Shown one piece after another: positions 1 through 12,290 of a stretch of DNA of 41,479 nucleotides. The notes under the pieces were generated by a model. It was not told the origin of the DNA and ran no database searches. It saw nothing but the letters and a program-made list of their open reading frames with translations. The first letter of the stretch is position 1. Each line of letters begins with the position of its first letter. Source of the DNA: Mesotaenium endlicherianum (Eukaryota); assembly GCA_009602735.1 (NCBI GenBank), contig WELA01001776.1:143591-185069 (forward strand), read 5' to 3'. The translations under genes were made by a program, and so were the position numbers.

Positions 1-18
1 GGGGGGGGAGGGGTATAC

Positions 19-709
19 CAGAGTCTCGGCGGTGACGTAGTCGGTGTCCATCTCCAGGAACTGCAGCAGGCGGTCCACGATGCCGTTGACGTCGTAGCTC
101 TGCAGGGCGATCTGGCCGACGGCGCGGATGGACTCGCGCGCGATGACCACGTCCACGTTGGCCGCGTACTCGCTCAGCTCCGTCACTGCGCCCTCGCCCT
201 CGTCCTCCCCGCACACGTGCAGCCAGGCAGGCAGACAGCCATGTGTACATTCAGGCGCGTCCCTCACTCTCGCTCAGCTCCGTTACTGCACTTTTGCCCA
301 CCCTTCCCTCCCCCCTCTTGCCTTCTCCCCTCTGCTCGTACAAGCAAACAGATCAACGGCCGGCCTGGTGCAAGAGAGCAAGGGGCGGGCGTACCGATCT
401 CGTAGGTGTTGTTCTCGTTGGCAACGGCCGTGAGCATCTCCAGCTTGAGCTTCTTGACGTACGTGTTGTCACTGAAGCGGCAGAAAAAGTGCTTGTAGTC
501 CTGGGCAAACAGCATGGGCGCGCGCGCCACCAGCAGACTCAGGTGGCTCAGCACCGCGTACGACTGCTCTGCGTTGCTCGTCGACATCAGCGTCAGCAGC
601 GGCGCCTTTATCCGCTCGTACACCTGGCATGACGCGTGGGCGCGCCCATGCACGCACACGCGCACACGAATGCAGACACACAGGCACAGAGTGAGTGTGT
701 GTGTGTGTA

Positions 710-793
<84 letters not shown>

Positions 794-2288
794 NAGAGAG
801 AGAGAGAGAGAGAGAGCGACAGTTGTGATCTGATCGAGTTTCAGGTCAACAAGCTTCGCGCTCACTGGCTGAAGGTTGTTGGTTGATCAATGAAACCATC
901 ATCATCCTTACCGAACAGCACGGTCAAGAATGAGCACTTGGTGGAACAAGCTTGCCCAGACAACAGGGCAAGCAGGTGGGCAGTGAGGGAGGGATGGGAG
1001 TAGGAAGCAGGAGAGTGAGAGTGTGTGAGAGTTTTTGCGTGGAATAGTGCGTGTATGTGCATGAGATGAATATAAAGATATACATCTAATGTAAGACATA
1101 TAGAGATACAGGTAATGCAGAATATATACTGAGAGGGAGGAGGAGAGGGCGGCGGGGGGGAGAAGAGAGAGAAAAGAGGAAGGGGGGGGGGAAGAGAGAG
1201 AGAGAGAGTGGGAGAGAGAGCATCCAGAAGCTCACCTGCTGGTGGACGTCAGCCATGGAGAGCGTGAGGTGCAGGAACACTTTGGTGGTGGCCAGCACCA
1301 CGGCGCTGTTGGCGTGCTGCAGCCGGTCCTCCAGCAGGTTCATGATGTCAAAGGTCTCGCTGGGCTCGTTGGGGACATACTTGGACGCCACGTCCAGCAC
1401 CAAGCACTGAGCCCACTCGCTGAAGTCCTTGATCCTGCCAGCCACTCTCCCCACGCACCAGGCAGGGGGCAGGACAAGCCCCGGGGGGGAAAAGGGGGAG
1501 GGGGGGATTGAGGGAGGGAGAAGAGGTCACATGGAGGAGTGGGGGAAGAGAAAGGGAGGGGGCAGAGGCCTGAAATGCGTCAAAGACACCGGATGTGCAG
1601 GTCGAGGTTGCTGGCGGTGCACAACATAAGGGAAGAGAAGGGTACAGAGAGCACGAATGCAACACATGGTGCTACTTTGCTTCCAGCCTTTTGTGTCTGA
1701 GGCGAACGCGGAGAATAAGAACTCTGATGTATCTGAAGACACTGCGCAGAATGTCGACGGCTTCTTCCTATCAGATCATGATGAGCACACATACATAAAT
1801 TCATCCACGCACATTCTCGAATTGAGCGTGATGCACATGCCATACATGCGTGCGAGTGTGCGTCTGTGTATGTGAGCATGTGCATGCGTATGCGCAAGTG
1901 CGAGTGCGCACCTACGACAACGGGAAGGCCAACAAAACTAAGCTCCGTACTCAAAGAGGAGAGCAAGTAGCGCCTGGCATGCAGACATGAAGCAAGCCGG
2001 GGTTGAAGGGGTGGGGGGGGGGGGGCGAGGCACCTGTTGAGCAGGGCGTACACCACAGCCTTGCTGTACAGGACGTCACGCTCGCGCGCGGCGCTCTCGT
2101 TGTTCAGGTTGGCCTCGCTGGTCAGGATCTCCTGCAAGGAGGACAGGCAGTTGGCCACCACCTGGCGCATCCAGCAGCAGCCCCCCCTCCCACTCCAGCC
2201 ATAAGGGGGGGTTAAAGAAGCAAACAAAGAACCCTGTCAAAGCCCTTCATATAAGCCCGGGGACGCTGACGGAGAATGTACACACACA

Positions 2289-2330
<42 letters not shown>

Positions 2331-4836
2331 NNNNNNNNNNNNNNNNNNNNNNNNNNNNNNNNNNNNNNNNNNNNNNNNNNNNNNNNNNNNNNNNNNNNNN
2401 NNNNNNNNNNNNNCCGTTCCCCCCACCCCCCTGCCCCTGCCACCAGGCGGTGTCCACACTGCATAAATTGGGCACCCTCTCTTTCTGGCACTTGAGGCAC
2501 GTGGCCAGGAGGCATGAACGTGGACGTGTACATGATTGACTTTCGCTGGTTGCATGCAGAACAAGGTCGTTTGCAGCGTCCACCTTCTAATATCCTCAGC
2601 GAAGACCAGTACTTATGTCTCCAGGGCCTCCTCTAGTCTGTCAACCAGCTTGGCAGAATACAAGCAAGGCACTGAAGACATATGATCGACTCTGCCACTA
2701 AACCCCGGCCTGCACTACTCCCTTCCAAAAGCCGCCTTCCAGCCCATCTTCCAGCAAAAATCTCCGCGCGCCTGCTGACGACATAGACGCATTCCTGCAC
2801 TCAGCAGCAAACTGCAGAGCGAGCGAGCAGCGGGCACGCGCGGGAGAGAAGGTAGGTGTGAGAGAGACAAAAAGAGAGGGCTTCCTGCGGAGGAGTCTGC
2901 GGAGGTAGCGACTTGCTGGGCAAAACGGAGGGCCTTCCACGCGGAGGCGAGGACGCACCTGGGCATCAGGGTCGTGCATGAGAAGCGCCTTCAGAGTGTT
3001 GACAAAGTCCGTGTCCTTGCATGCCTGCGGCGCGATGGTGTACAGCTTCAGCACGCCCATGGCTGCCACCGTCCTCACGTATGAGCTGTTGTCCTTGAGG
3101 CCCTGCCTGAGAGGGTCCACCAGGTACTCCACCAGGTTCTTCACCCTCAAGGCACACAGGCTCCTCAGGGCCAAGCCCCTGATCATCGGATCGTCATCCT
3201 GCAATTGGGAGGAGACCCCACGTCAGCACCGTCATGAGTGTCTTGAGAAAGAACCAGTCAGGAGTTTTTTGCGTGTGCTATTACTCGGATGTTTCTGTAG
3301 GGAACTTTTGAGCATGAGTTCTCCACAGTTGATCTCAGCAAATTATTTGACTAACTGATGCATGGGCTTGACAGCTGTGCATTGACGCAAATAAGATTGT
3401 ACCATTGCTTGCCATCAGTCCCCCTCCCCATCCCAATCTGCCCTTAGAGCTGCCAGCTTGGCCGACCATCAATACCCTCTGCATTCCTTTTCTTGCCAAA
3501 CGATATGTTGACTTCTGCACACCTCTGGAGCGGCTCTAAAATTTGCCAAGTTGTGTGCGTCATAGCCAACAGCTACCAAGACAGGAGTTTACTCCTACGA
3601 TGATCCCTTGCGGCCCCGCAGAGAGGCTGCCTCATTAAGTCTGAAGGTAAATCCTCAAAAGGACTTCCAGGCAAAGTGAGGTTGTAAAGTTTACGTTTAA
3701 ACATGCACAATCATGGGCAGTTTCGATTTTTCTACCTTCAGTGACTATTAGCTTCCTTCTTGCAGACATAAGAGCCGCATGCTTATGAGTGAAAGTTAAG
3801 GTAAAGGCTGGTTAACACAAAGCACAAGGTTGCGTGCGAAACGCGTTATTTACCCTGCAATCTTTTTGCAGGAAGTTGATAGTGAGTAGCGCAAGCTCTG
3901 GGTTGACGACGGCATAGTTGCACACGTAAAGGTAACACATCTTCTTCAGAACCAGGTCTGATGTTGCACTGCACATCACCATTTCACTGCATTTGAAAGG
4001 AGAGGTTCGGTTCAGATGCTACGAATCCAACCATTGTGCATGAGATGGAGTGCCAGATGCATAAGCAACCAAGGACTTGCTTGCCCAATGCGAGCTCGTC
4101 AAATTAACCGCCAAGCTAAATGAGATGCTTAGGTAGCGACAATAGCCCTAGGTACATGGACCACTCTAGGATGAGGATCCAGTTGTGAACTTCACAATAG
4201 AATAGCTCTTCATCACGCCATTTCCACCCAAGGTGGAAGTGGAGCCATTGCCTTGAGCCAGACTCCTTTCTGGAAGCAAATGAGTAAGCTTTGATGGATA
4301 ATGGAATGTAAGCACCAACCAAAGTCGAACTCTGGAAAGTGGTCCCTTGAACAGCAGACAAAGATAGGACTTATGCCTCACAGCAGGATAATGCAATCTT
4401 CATCTAAAGCTTCCCCAAGAGTTTACCTGAAAAGAGATGATACATCTATGCCGATAGTCATATAGTTGATGACCTTTTTATATAGATCACGTTTGGCATC
4501 TCCAATTCCCACGGCCCTGAAACAAAATCAAGGGTGTACTTAAGAGGAAGGCCACCATTTCCGGATAGGAGACTGACCAGCCGGCTAAGTTTGGCACGTA
4601 GAAGTAAACGGTCCCATCTCTAATATTACAAAGCAATCACCACGATAGCACCACAGGGGCTCAAAGTGTAAGTGACAACAAGTGCAAGCTCACGTGACCC
4701 CTCTATTCAGTTTGGCCAACGAAATATGACACCCGCGTATGTAAGAATGAGAGGAATGAACATACCTGCTTCCCGCTAACTGCCGTAGCTGGGTCCTGAG
4801 CTCCGATAATTCTCCTTTCCTATTATCTGAATTCAT
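19..4836 (-). CDS. AP4B1: AP-4 complex subunit beta (beta-adaptin-like protein A); first 8 exons, gene continues beyond the window start
   Basis: GT-AG exons 4836-4766, 4516-4427, 3986-3854, 3198-2959, 2161-2034, 1434-1236, 623-395, 185-19 splice in frame to [24 protein letters not shown]...[42 protein letters not shown]...[19 protein letters not shown]...[12 protein letters not shown]...[13 protein letters not shown]...[12 protein letters not shown]...[28 protein letters not shown]...DYVTAETL. This closely follows plant beta-adaptin A as I recall it. Confidence 0.95.
695..816. repeat. Compound (GT)n-(GA)n microsatellite in an AP4B intron
   Basis: Short GT run followed by about 100 bp of GA repeat, with one N. 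Confidence 0.97.
2280..2330. repeat. (CA)n microsatellite next to assembly gap 2331-2413
   Basis: Directly visible in the sequence. Confidence 0.95.
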
Positions 4837-5473
4837 CTTCTTTTTCCTTGTGTCTTGCACCTTCAGTGACTACACAAGGTAACTTGCGTAAGGATCGGTA
4901 CAGGACCAAACTGGAAATACAACGTACTATATAACATCTTCCGCGCGCTCAGTCACCGGCAACTGTTGCACAAACAAGAAGCAAATGTTGCACTCGGACG
5001 TCGTACTGCCATTGGTTACAATAATTGTTGGGAAACAGTTGCAAAAGCAACTAATAGCATACATCGCACTCGGTCGCCCTCAAGTGCAAGTGCTGTGTGC
5101 GATAACTGTCCACAAGGAACTTTTACGTCGATGATGTGCGAAAATATTGTTTGGCGTCGCTAGATGGAGACAGGTCGCACATATTGAAGAGAAACTCAAC
5201 TTTTCATGTACTGAAGTGCTTTAACAGCACCATCCAGACAAGTCGAGCAGACTTTCCTACTCTTCATCTTAGTTCTTAAGGCTGGCACTAATCGCGAGGG
5301 TTGTAATCGGCAGGTTTGATTAGACATTAGATTTGAGGCCCATCTGAGTCTAGAAGTTAGAAGTTTAACCGCAATATATATCTGCTTTGTGAAAGTCTTC
5401 ACAAATCAGAAGGTTTCCTCTCGCTGTGTGATTTCTGTAAATTTTTTCTCACTAACCTTAGAAAATTTTCATC
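4837..5473. promoter_or_regulatory. Short divergent (probably bidirectional) promoter region between AP4B and RPN9
   Basis: Head-to-head ATGs at 4836 (-) and 5474 (+), with 637 bp between them. One site-II-like GGCCCA near 5337. Confidence 0.55.
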
Positions 5474-8394
5474 ATGTCAGCCGTTGATTTTCTAGAGTCG
5501 CAGAAGGCAGTTCATCCTGACCTGGCGAGTTGGTATACTGAGATGGCTGACCTCTACCAGCGCAAGTTATGGCACCAATTAACTGTCAAATTGGAACAGT
5601 TCGTCACTCTGGCTGCACTTCAGGTACTTCGGTTGCATTCGTTACGTAGAAAGTGCGGCACTTCATAATCTGAGGATGACATGCATCTGCATCAAAACAT
5701 GACAAGGCCTGTCAATAGGCCAGTCTACTGCTGCTTAATATTTCATCATGTATATCAAGCTGCGTTCTGCTGACTACAGTGTAAGCTTCCACTTCGTTTC
5801 AACTGCGACCTTGGTGATGCAGACCGGAGATGCACTTATCCAACTATATCACAGCTTCATCGCAGATTTTGAGACAAAAATCAATTTGCTAAAGTTGGCT
5901 CAGTTTTCAGTTATCGTGTCACGGCAGTATCCTGAAAAAGAGTTGGCTTTAGCATTCTTGGAGAATGTGATAGAGAAGCTGAAAGCAACAAAGGCAAAGA
6001 GGATACAGGAGCCAATCTTATTTGTGAAGATGCAAATAGCAGCTCTCAAACTTCAAGATGGTAATCAGCAAGAGTGTAAGGCTTTGATAGAGGAAGGGAA
6101 GACCACCTTAGAGTCTATGGTAGACGTGGATCCCAACGTCCATGCTAGTGTCCACTGGGTTAGCTCCCAGTACTACAAGTCAAAGCAAGACTTTGCTGAA
6201 TTCTACAAGAGTGCCCTCCTTTATCTTTCCTACACCTCCATGGACAACCTTCCTGATGCTTTCAAGCTCGTAAGTACTCAATAGCCGGCTGTTTGTAGGC
6301 AGTACTTTAAAATGCATCTCTATATTCGTGTCTACCCTACGATCAGGTTACTGCAACTGATGACTGTTACTTTTTAAGATTATAGTGGTATAATGAAGTT
6401 TTTGGCCTGCAGCTTACTTTTGACTATCAAAACGCCCAGTACTTACATCAACCAAATTATGGCCTCCAAAACCCCAGTAGCCTTGTATAATCTGCTTCGT
6501 GTGCTCCGTGCATGGCAGGATCTTGCTGTTGACCTCGCCTTGGCTGCTCTGCTTGGCGAAAACGTTTACAACTTCGGAGAGCTTCTTGCGCATCCTATTG
6601 TATGTTGACCCCCTCAACTCAATCTCTGCTTTTGTCATCCACTCCATAAGAAAAACGCTGTCAGTCATGTATTTCAGCCCTATCAGGAGCTATGGAGGTC
6701 TGAAAAAAACTTGGGTTCTGCTGGGTTGCAACTTATTTAAAGAGGCAGCCTAAGTTTGATGTGGTCTCTTTCGACCCACCAGATGTCATGCAGCCCTACC
6801 CAACATAATATTTAGAACCAAAATTGATCTCACTCTATGTGACTACCATATTCGTATGTCGCTGTGCACTATGAATATGGATGGTCACCGACAAAGTTGA
6901 GAGGCAGTCCGCCCATACCTATGTGCCTCGCTACATAATTGACCTGCTGGCAATATCACAAATTTGATAAAGAGGACAAATCAGGGAAGGGGTTGTGCAC
7001 ATACATTCAGATCCTATGAGCATGTTACAAAGCAGAGAAAGTATGCTTTTTCTGCAAAGTTCCACTCACATTTGACCTCAGCCACTCTAGGTTTTCCTCG
7101 CATGAAGCTCTCTCTCTCTCTCTCTCTCTCTCCCCCCCCCTCTCCCCCTCCCTCCCTCCCTCCCTCTTTCTCTTTCTCTCCCTCTCCCTCTTTCTCTCCC
7201 TCTTTCTCTTTCCCTCCTTCTCTTTCTCTCTCTGTCTGCAATAGGGAAACTCCCTTGTCCCACCTTAGGACGAGCTATAAAGGAAAAGAAGTTGTATTTT
7301 ATGCTTCTCCCAGTAATATGTTTGCCAATTTTTTACTATGGCAGGTCAAAGTCCTCGAAGGCACCGGTGGCGGGTACCTGTATCACATCCTGCAAGTGTT
7401 TGCGGCAGGAGATCTGTATAAGTACGATGAACTGTGCAAGCAGTATGCAACTCAGCTGAATGATCAGCCTGCACTCGTGGAGAATGAGCGTAGGCTGCGG
7501 GAAAAGATTACCATCTTGAGCCTTATGGAGCTCATTTTCAGGTCAGCTTCCCTCCAAGCAGGACCCCTGCAGCTGTACTGGGCTGTGTGTGCCTGTCATG
7601 CTCATCGTCTTAGTGATGCTACGGGGTGCTCATTTGCGGAACAAGCACAGACTGGCACCCAGATTTGCCTCCTCAGCACGTGCATGTTCTTGCAACAATT
7701 GTCAGCGCTAGGGAGGCCGGCAAAATCCTTCATTTCACTTTGAATCAATGCCGTCCTTGATGGCCATTGTATCAAAACGAAGGTTGTTGTGGGTATCGTC
7801 TCATATTGCTTCTTTGATGCCTCTTGGGGGAGACCAGCCGGCCGTCAGAGGACAGGACCATACCGCTGTCAGTGATTGCCGAGAGGACAAAGCTTCCTCT
7901 AGATGGTGTGGAGCTGCTCTTAATGAAGACACTTTCCGTAAGTATCTGCATGGCTACTTTTCATCCGTAGCTACGCATGAGTCTTTGAGAAGCTGAATGT
8001 CTTATCTGCTCTTTTAGGCATCCACCCTCCGTTTTTGTAGCCGTTGCATAGGACTGCCAATGGTTGGCTGTGTCTTGAAACCTCTTATAAGCCCATATGC
8101 TCCCTGCCAGTCTGAAGATCAGGATTCTGTCAGTGGCATCAACAGGCTTTGCAATTGTATCCCTTCTGCGCCATTTTCATATCAGTCGCTACATGTGTGG
8201 TGTTGCAGGTGCACCTGATTGAGGGCGTGATTGACCAGGTGGAAGGTACGGTGCAAGTGTCTTGGGTGCAGCCCCGGGTGTTGAACATCGCTCAGATTGC
8301 AGCGTTGAACGACCGCCTCGACAGCTGGCTCAGCAAAGTGCACACGACTCTCTTGACTGTGGAAGCGGAGTCTCCAGACCTGCTAGTGGCTTAG
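5474..8394 (+). CDS. RPN9: 26S proteasome non-ATPase regulatory subunit 13 (lid subunit RPN9), 386 aa
   Basis: Exons 5474-5623, 5823-6269, 6519-6599, 7345-7541, 7838-7937, 8209-8394 total 1161 nt, all GT-AG and in frame. Motifs LYQRKLWHQLT, FETKINLLKLA, ALLGENVYNFGELLAHPI, and the PCI C-terminus LLMKTLSVHLIEGVIDQVEGTVQVSWVQPRVL. Confidence 0.97.
7108..7232. repeat. Polypyrimidine (CT-rich) simple-sequence tract in RPN9 intron 3
   Basis: About 125 bp of almost pure C/T. Confidence 0.9.
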
Positions 8395-8450
8395 GTGCCC
8401 TCTTGATTCTCTTGTTCAACAGTCGGTATACTTTATGCGTTGCTATACAT

Positions 8451-8540
8451 CTGGTGTGGTGCATAGGCACTGTCATTGACGCATTCTGGGTGTTTCTGGT
8501 GTGGTGCATAGGCACTGTCATTGACGCATTCTGGGTGTTT
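8451..8540. repeat. Perfect 45-bp tandem duplication in the RPN9 3' UTR region
   Basis: ctggtgtggtgcataggcactgtcattgacgcattctgggtgttt occurs at 8451-8495 and again at 8496-8540. Confidence 0.95.
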
Positions 8541-11500
8541 CCAGAGTAAGTGAACTACTAACGTGGGAAGGCCATCCTGGCTGTCAGTGTATGGCCCAAT
8601 TTCAAAGAGTTAAGGCAGCTCCAACTTGGGCATGCTGAATATCGCTCCTGAAGTGTGTATTACTTGGAAATACATATATATCCATGCCATAATGCGCTGT
8701 CGTAATCCAGCTGTACCTATCAGTCCTACGACTGGTAGTCTAGGTTGATCGTCTCCTGTTTGATCAGTATGAGCTTCACAATGTAAACTGAGGTGGGTTG
8801 CTCCACAGCAAATAATTGTGCAACTTGTTTCTTCAAATTATTCATGTACTATAACATAATCTTTGTGCTTTACGTGCAACTTCTTTGCTTCAACATTGTG
8901 CGTGTTGCTTAAAGGTACGCACTCGTTTACTCGTAACCTCTTGCTTATGGTAGGCACACAATGTTAGGTAGAAATTATTCAGCGCACACAACAATGAGTG
9001 TTGGTGACGCGTATGTGTGATTGGCACTAAAGTCCCAATGGGCGAGATTCATTGCAACAATACTACTTCATGGCATATACAACTGAATGTCCATCTTTGT
9101 TGATCCTTTCATTACCTTCCTTAAGACAAAAGCACAGTTTCAAGAAATTAGCCTATAGTATGTTAATGTATATTTGCAGCAACTTTCACGGTTGGTACAT
9201 CTTGTTGATTTTCACGTACTCAGGTGCTGCATTGGCTTGCCTTCAAGTAGCGCTCTTGCTAAAGACAACCAATATCTTTGCGAATATTATTTATTTTTCC
9301 TACTCTCGATTGACATCTGCTAGCATATATCGAAGGGTTTAAAGATAACATACAACAACAATCATTTCGGGCTTGAAAACAAAACTTAGAGTGACCTACA
9401 CATCTTAAACTACAGTACAGACGGTTTTGCAGGACATGCGGTGATTTCTTAACCTTTTACAAATCAAGACGATATATTAATTTGGTAGTTTAAAAGGGCA
9501 TATAGTAGAAATACGGAAGCCGGCGTTATCTTAGAATTTTCACATATTTCTTTTCATGATGACCAAGAATGCACTTTCTTGAGGAGAGAGGGAAAGCCCT
9601 AAACTGCGCATGTGCAAATGCGAGGGATCAATTCCTGCATCTCGTATAGATAGAGCAGCCAAGGGACAAAGTATGAAATATTTTCACGAAAAATCTTTAG
9701 GGGCACTCCAAAAATGGTCCACAACGCGGCGCAAAATGTCTAACTTCCCAAGCGACTCACTAGCATGTCGTTGAGAAATGTAGGAGCCCATCATTGACGT
9801 TCTCTAGAACTTTTGGGTCTACTAATGTGAAGTAAATCACAAATCAGATTACATTTATTTGAAAAAGAACAAATTCTTTTTAAAAGTGATGGCGCCTTTA
9901 ACACTTTCATATTGATTGCAAGTTTGACCGTCAAATCGCCAATTATGTTCTAAGTTGCCGGTTTGAGTGCATGATCGTTTTTATTCCTATCTGTGATTGG
10001 TCCAAATAAAAGCACACGTGTGCTATAACCTCCGAAATTAAGGAAAAAAACACATTGTTTTGCAAGAACTGTGTATGGTCAAAAAACATCATTTTTTGTC
10101 TTAACATGTTGAATTCAACACACAAAGACTTTCTAATGAACATTGTGTATGGTTGCAAAGTGATTGTCCACGGTCACATTGCAAATGTTCACTTAAATGT
10201 GGAGCAATCAAATGTTCTTATGTAACCCACACTAGACTTAGACCAATAGGTGAAATATTTGCATGACTCAACTCATCTTCACAAGATTTATGAATCTTTT
10301 TGAAGGTTATCTGCTTGGGCTTTCCTTTGGAAAAGTTGTGAAAGCTTGTAGTCGTCAAAAATGTATCTCAATGTGTCGTATAAAATTGTCCGTCCAAGTG
10401 TGGAGATCGAATATTTCGCCAAATGGCGAAATGTATGAATCTTGCACAGAGTGTACGATAACAAGATCCACCAAATTATTTCTTAAGAAAAGTCACTTTT
10501 TTTTTCCCTAAGCACATGTATTAGAACCTTGAGTTAAAATTTATGACATTGTGGTCTATTTGTGATTCAAAATCATACGTGGTGATTGAACGGTAGGCCA
10601 ATGGAGTTGATCTTTTAAAAAGAAGAAGATGAATGTTAGAGATTTTGATACTTCCGTTGACACTCTAAACGTCGTCGGCAAGGAAGACTTTTTCATTCAA
10701 TTTTGATTTGCAGAATTTTCTCCAACCGGCTTTAATCACAACAATTTTATTTGCTGAGGATTTGCATTGGGATTACCAGAGTGCTTTCGTCTGTATACCC
10801 ATCCAGCGGCGCTGGGACTCAATTCAAGCGCCAATTTTGTCAATCAATTTTTAGGCGATTAACTATTTGCACATATTTGCAGGGTGAAAGAGAACTTTCG
10901 GACCTCATGAAAACTACATACAATCTTTGCGTTGCAAGGTTGGCAATGTCAAATCTGGTCTACAATTGCCTATCCGGAGGCAACATTTTGTATGCTTTTC
11001 CCTCCTTAGCGTAACCGTGTTCAAATGACGTCATTGGAGAGCGACGCTTTGACGTACCAAATGGCAGTATGTTAGTTCCTTAAAATAAGAAACAAATTTT
11101 ATAAAGTAGATTGAAGTAAGATCATTATTGCCTAGAAGACCAGCGGACAAGAAACCCAAGCTCTTAGGGTTGAGAAAGCTGGTGATGCTTATAAGGTTGA
11201 GTAGAAAGAACTTTAACACTTCATTCCCGTAACTTAGAGAATCGATGAATGTTATATGATATCTGTAAAATTCAAATTTAAGACAATGGACTTTTGAGGG
11301 GACATGAGAACGAGACTTTTTTTTGACGCGGACACGTGGTACAAAAGCGTACTGGTCCCTGATAATGATTGTCACTTTTCCGTCACTCGTCGACATGGCG
11401 AAAGAGGTCGTGCGAAGAATTGCATTTGAGCCTGCTTCAGTGAGAGCGGCTAGAAGGTGGCGCCAAGTCTGGCGCCGAAGCGACAGCGAGGGTAGAATTC

Positions 11501-12290
11501 ACAAAGATTGGCGAGTACTTCGGAGATGTCACGTAGCCGGTAAGACATTTCTGGACATTCGGTGTCAGACGGCAATGCTTTAAAATTTGCCCGCTAGTTT
11601 AAGTCAACACGAGGAGCCGTTTGTATCTCTCGAGTCCTTGTCAAAGTTTCCTCCAGAAAGCTCTGTTGCCTAGTATCTTCCCCGCCATTAAGAAGCTACA
11701 CTTGACGTGCTGTCCGACGTGGCCAATAATAATCGAGGGTCTTGAAAGCTGCTGAATGGTTAGCTGGAGCATGCAATCAGCTTAAACGACAAGCAACCAA
11801 CCTGTAGCTGGTTCTATGATATGAACATAACCAAGTGTCAGCTGGTTACACTCAGCGATGTGGTCCATATAACTACGACTTCCAAGTCATCGATCAAGTA
11901 ATTTTTATAAGAGCCAAATCTTTTTAAAATCGTATCTCATATGGCATCACATGCAGAAAATGACAAAGTCCCCAGGCCCGCCAATGCTCCACAATTCAGA
12001 TGGACATATCGACCTTCGGATTGACAATGGGGCATGCAACGATGCGTGCAAAATGAATGTTTTGAATTCAAACCAGCCTCCTCTTGGACCACCAGCCTGC
12101 CTGGAGCCTGCCAACCTGCGAAGTAGGCTCTCTGATTATACGCCACTCAGCCTCCACACAGCTGATTGAACTCGATCACTCACAGAGGCCGTGCCAAAGG
12201 GTTGCAGCACCCTGCACATTACGTTCCTGCTTTAAAAGCTGATGCCAAAGCCGTTGACCTCTTCTGCTCAAGTTACCTCTTTTTTGAGAA

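Noticed and set aside
514..865. ORFs encoding ERERER, SLSLSL or CVCVCV runs, here and at 2212-2583, 16467-17811 and 22085-22998
   Set aside because: They are translations of microsatellites and N gaps inside introns.
10411..10434. Hairpin ATATTTCGCCA-AA-TGGCGAAATGT as a Helitron 3' end or RNA element
   Set aside because: No CTRR terminus at the expected distance, the loop is only 2 nt, and there are no other element features.
11031..11396. 121-aa minus-strand ORF and other short ORFs in 9000-11600
   Set aside because: No recognisable motif or splice partners; composition looks like translated AT-rich non-coding DNA.
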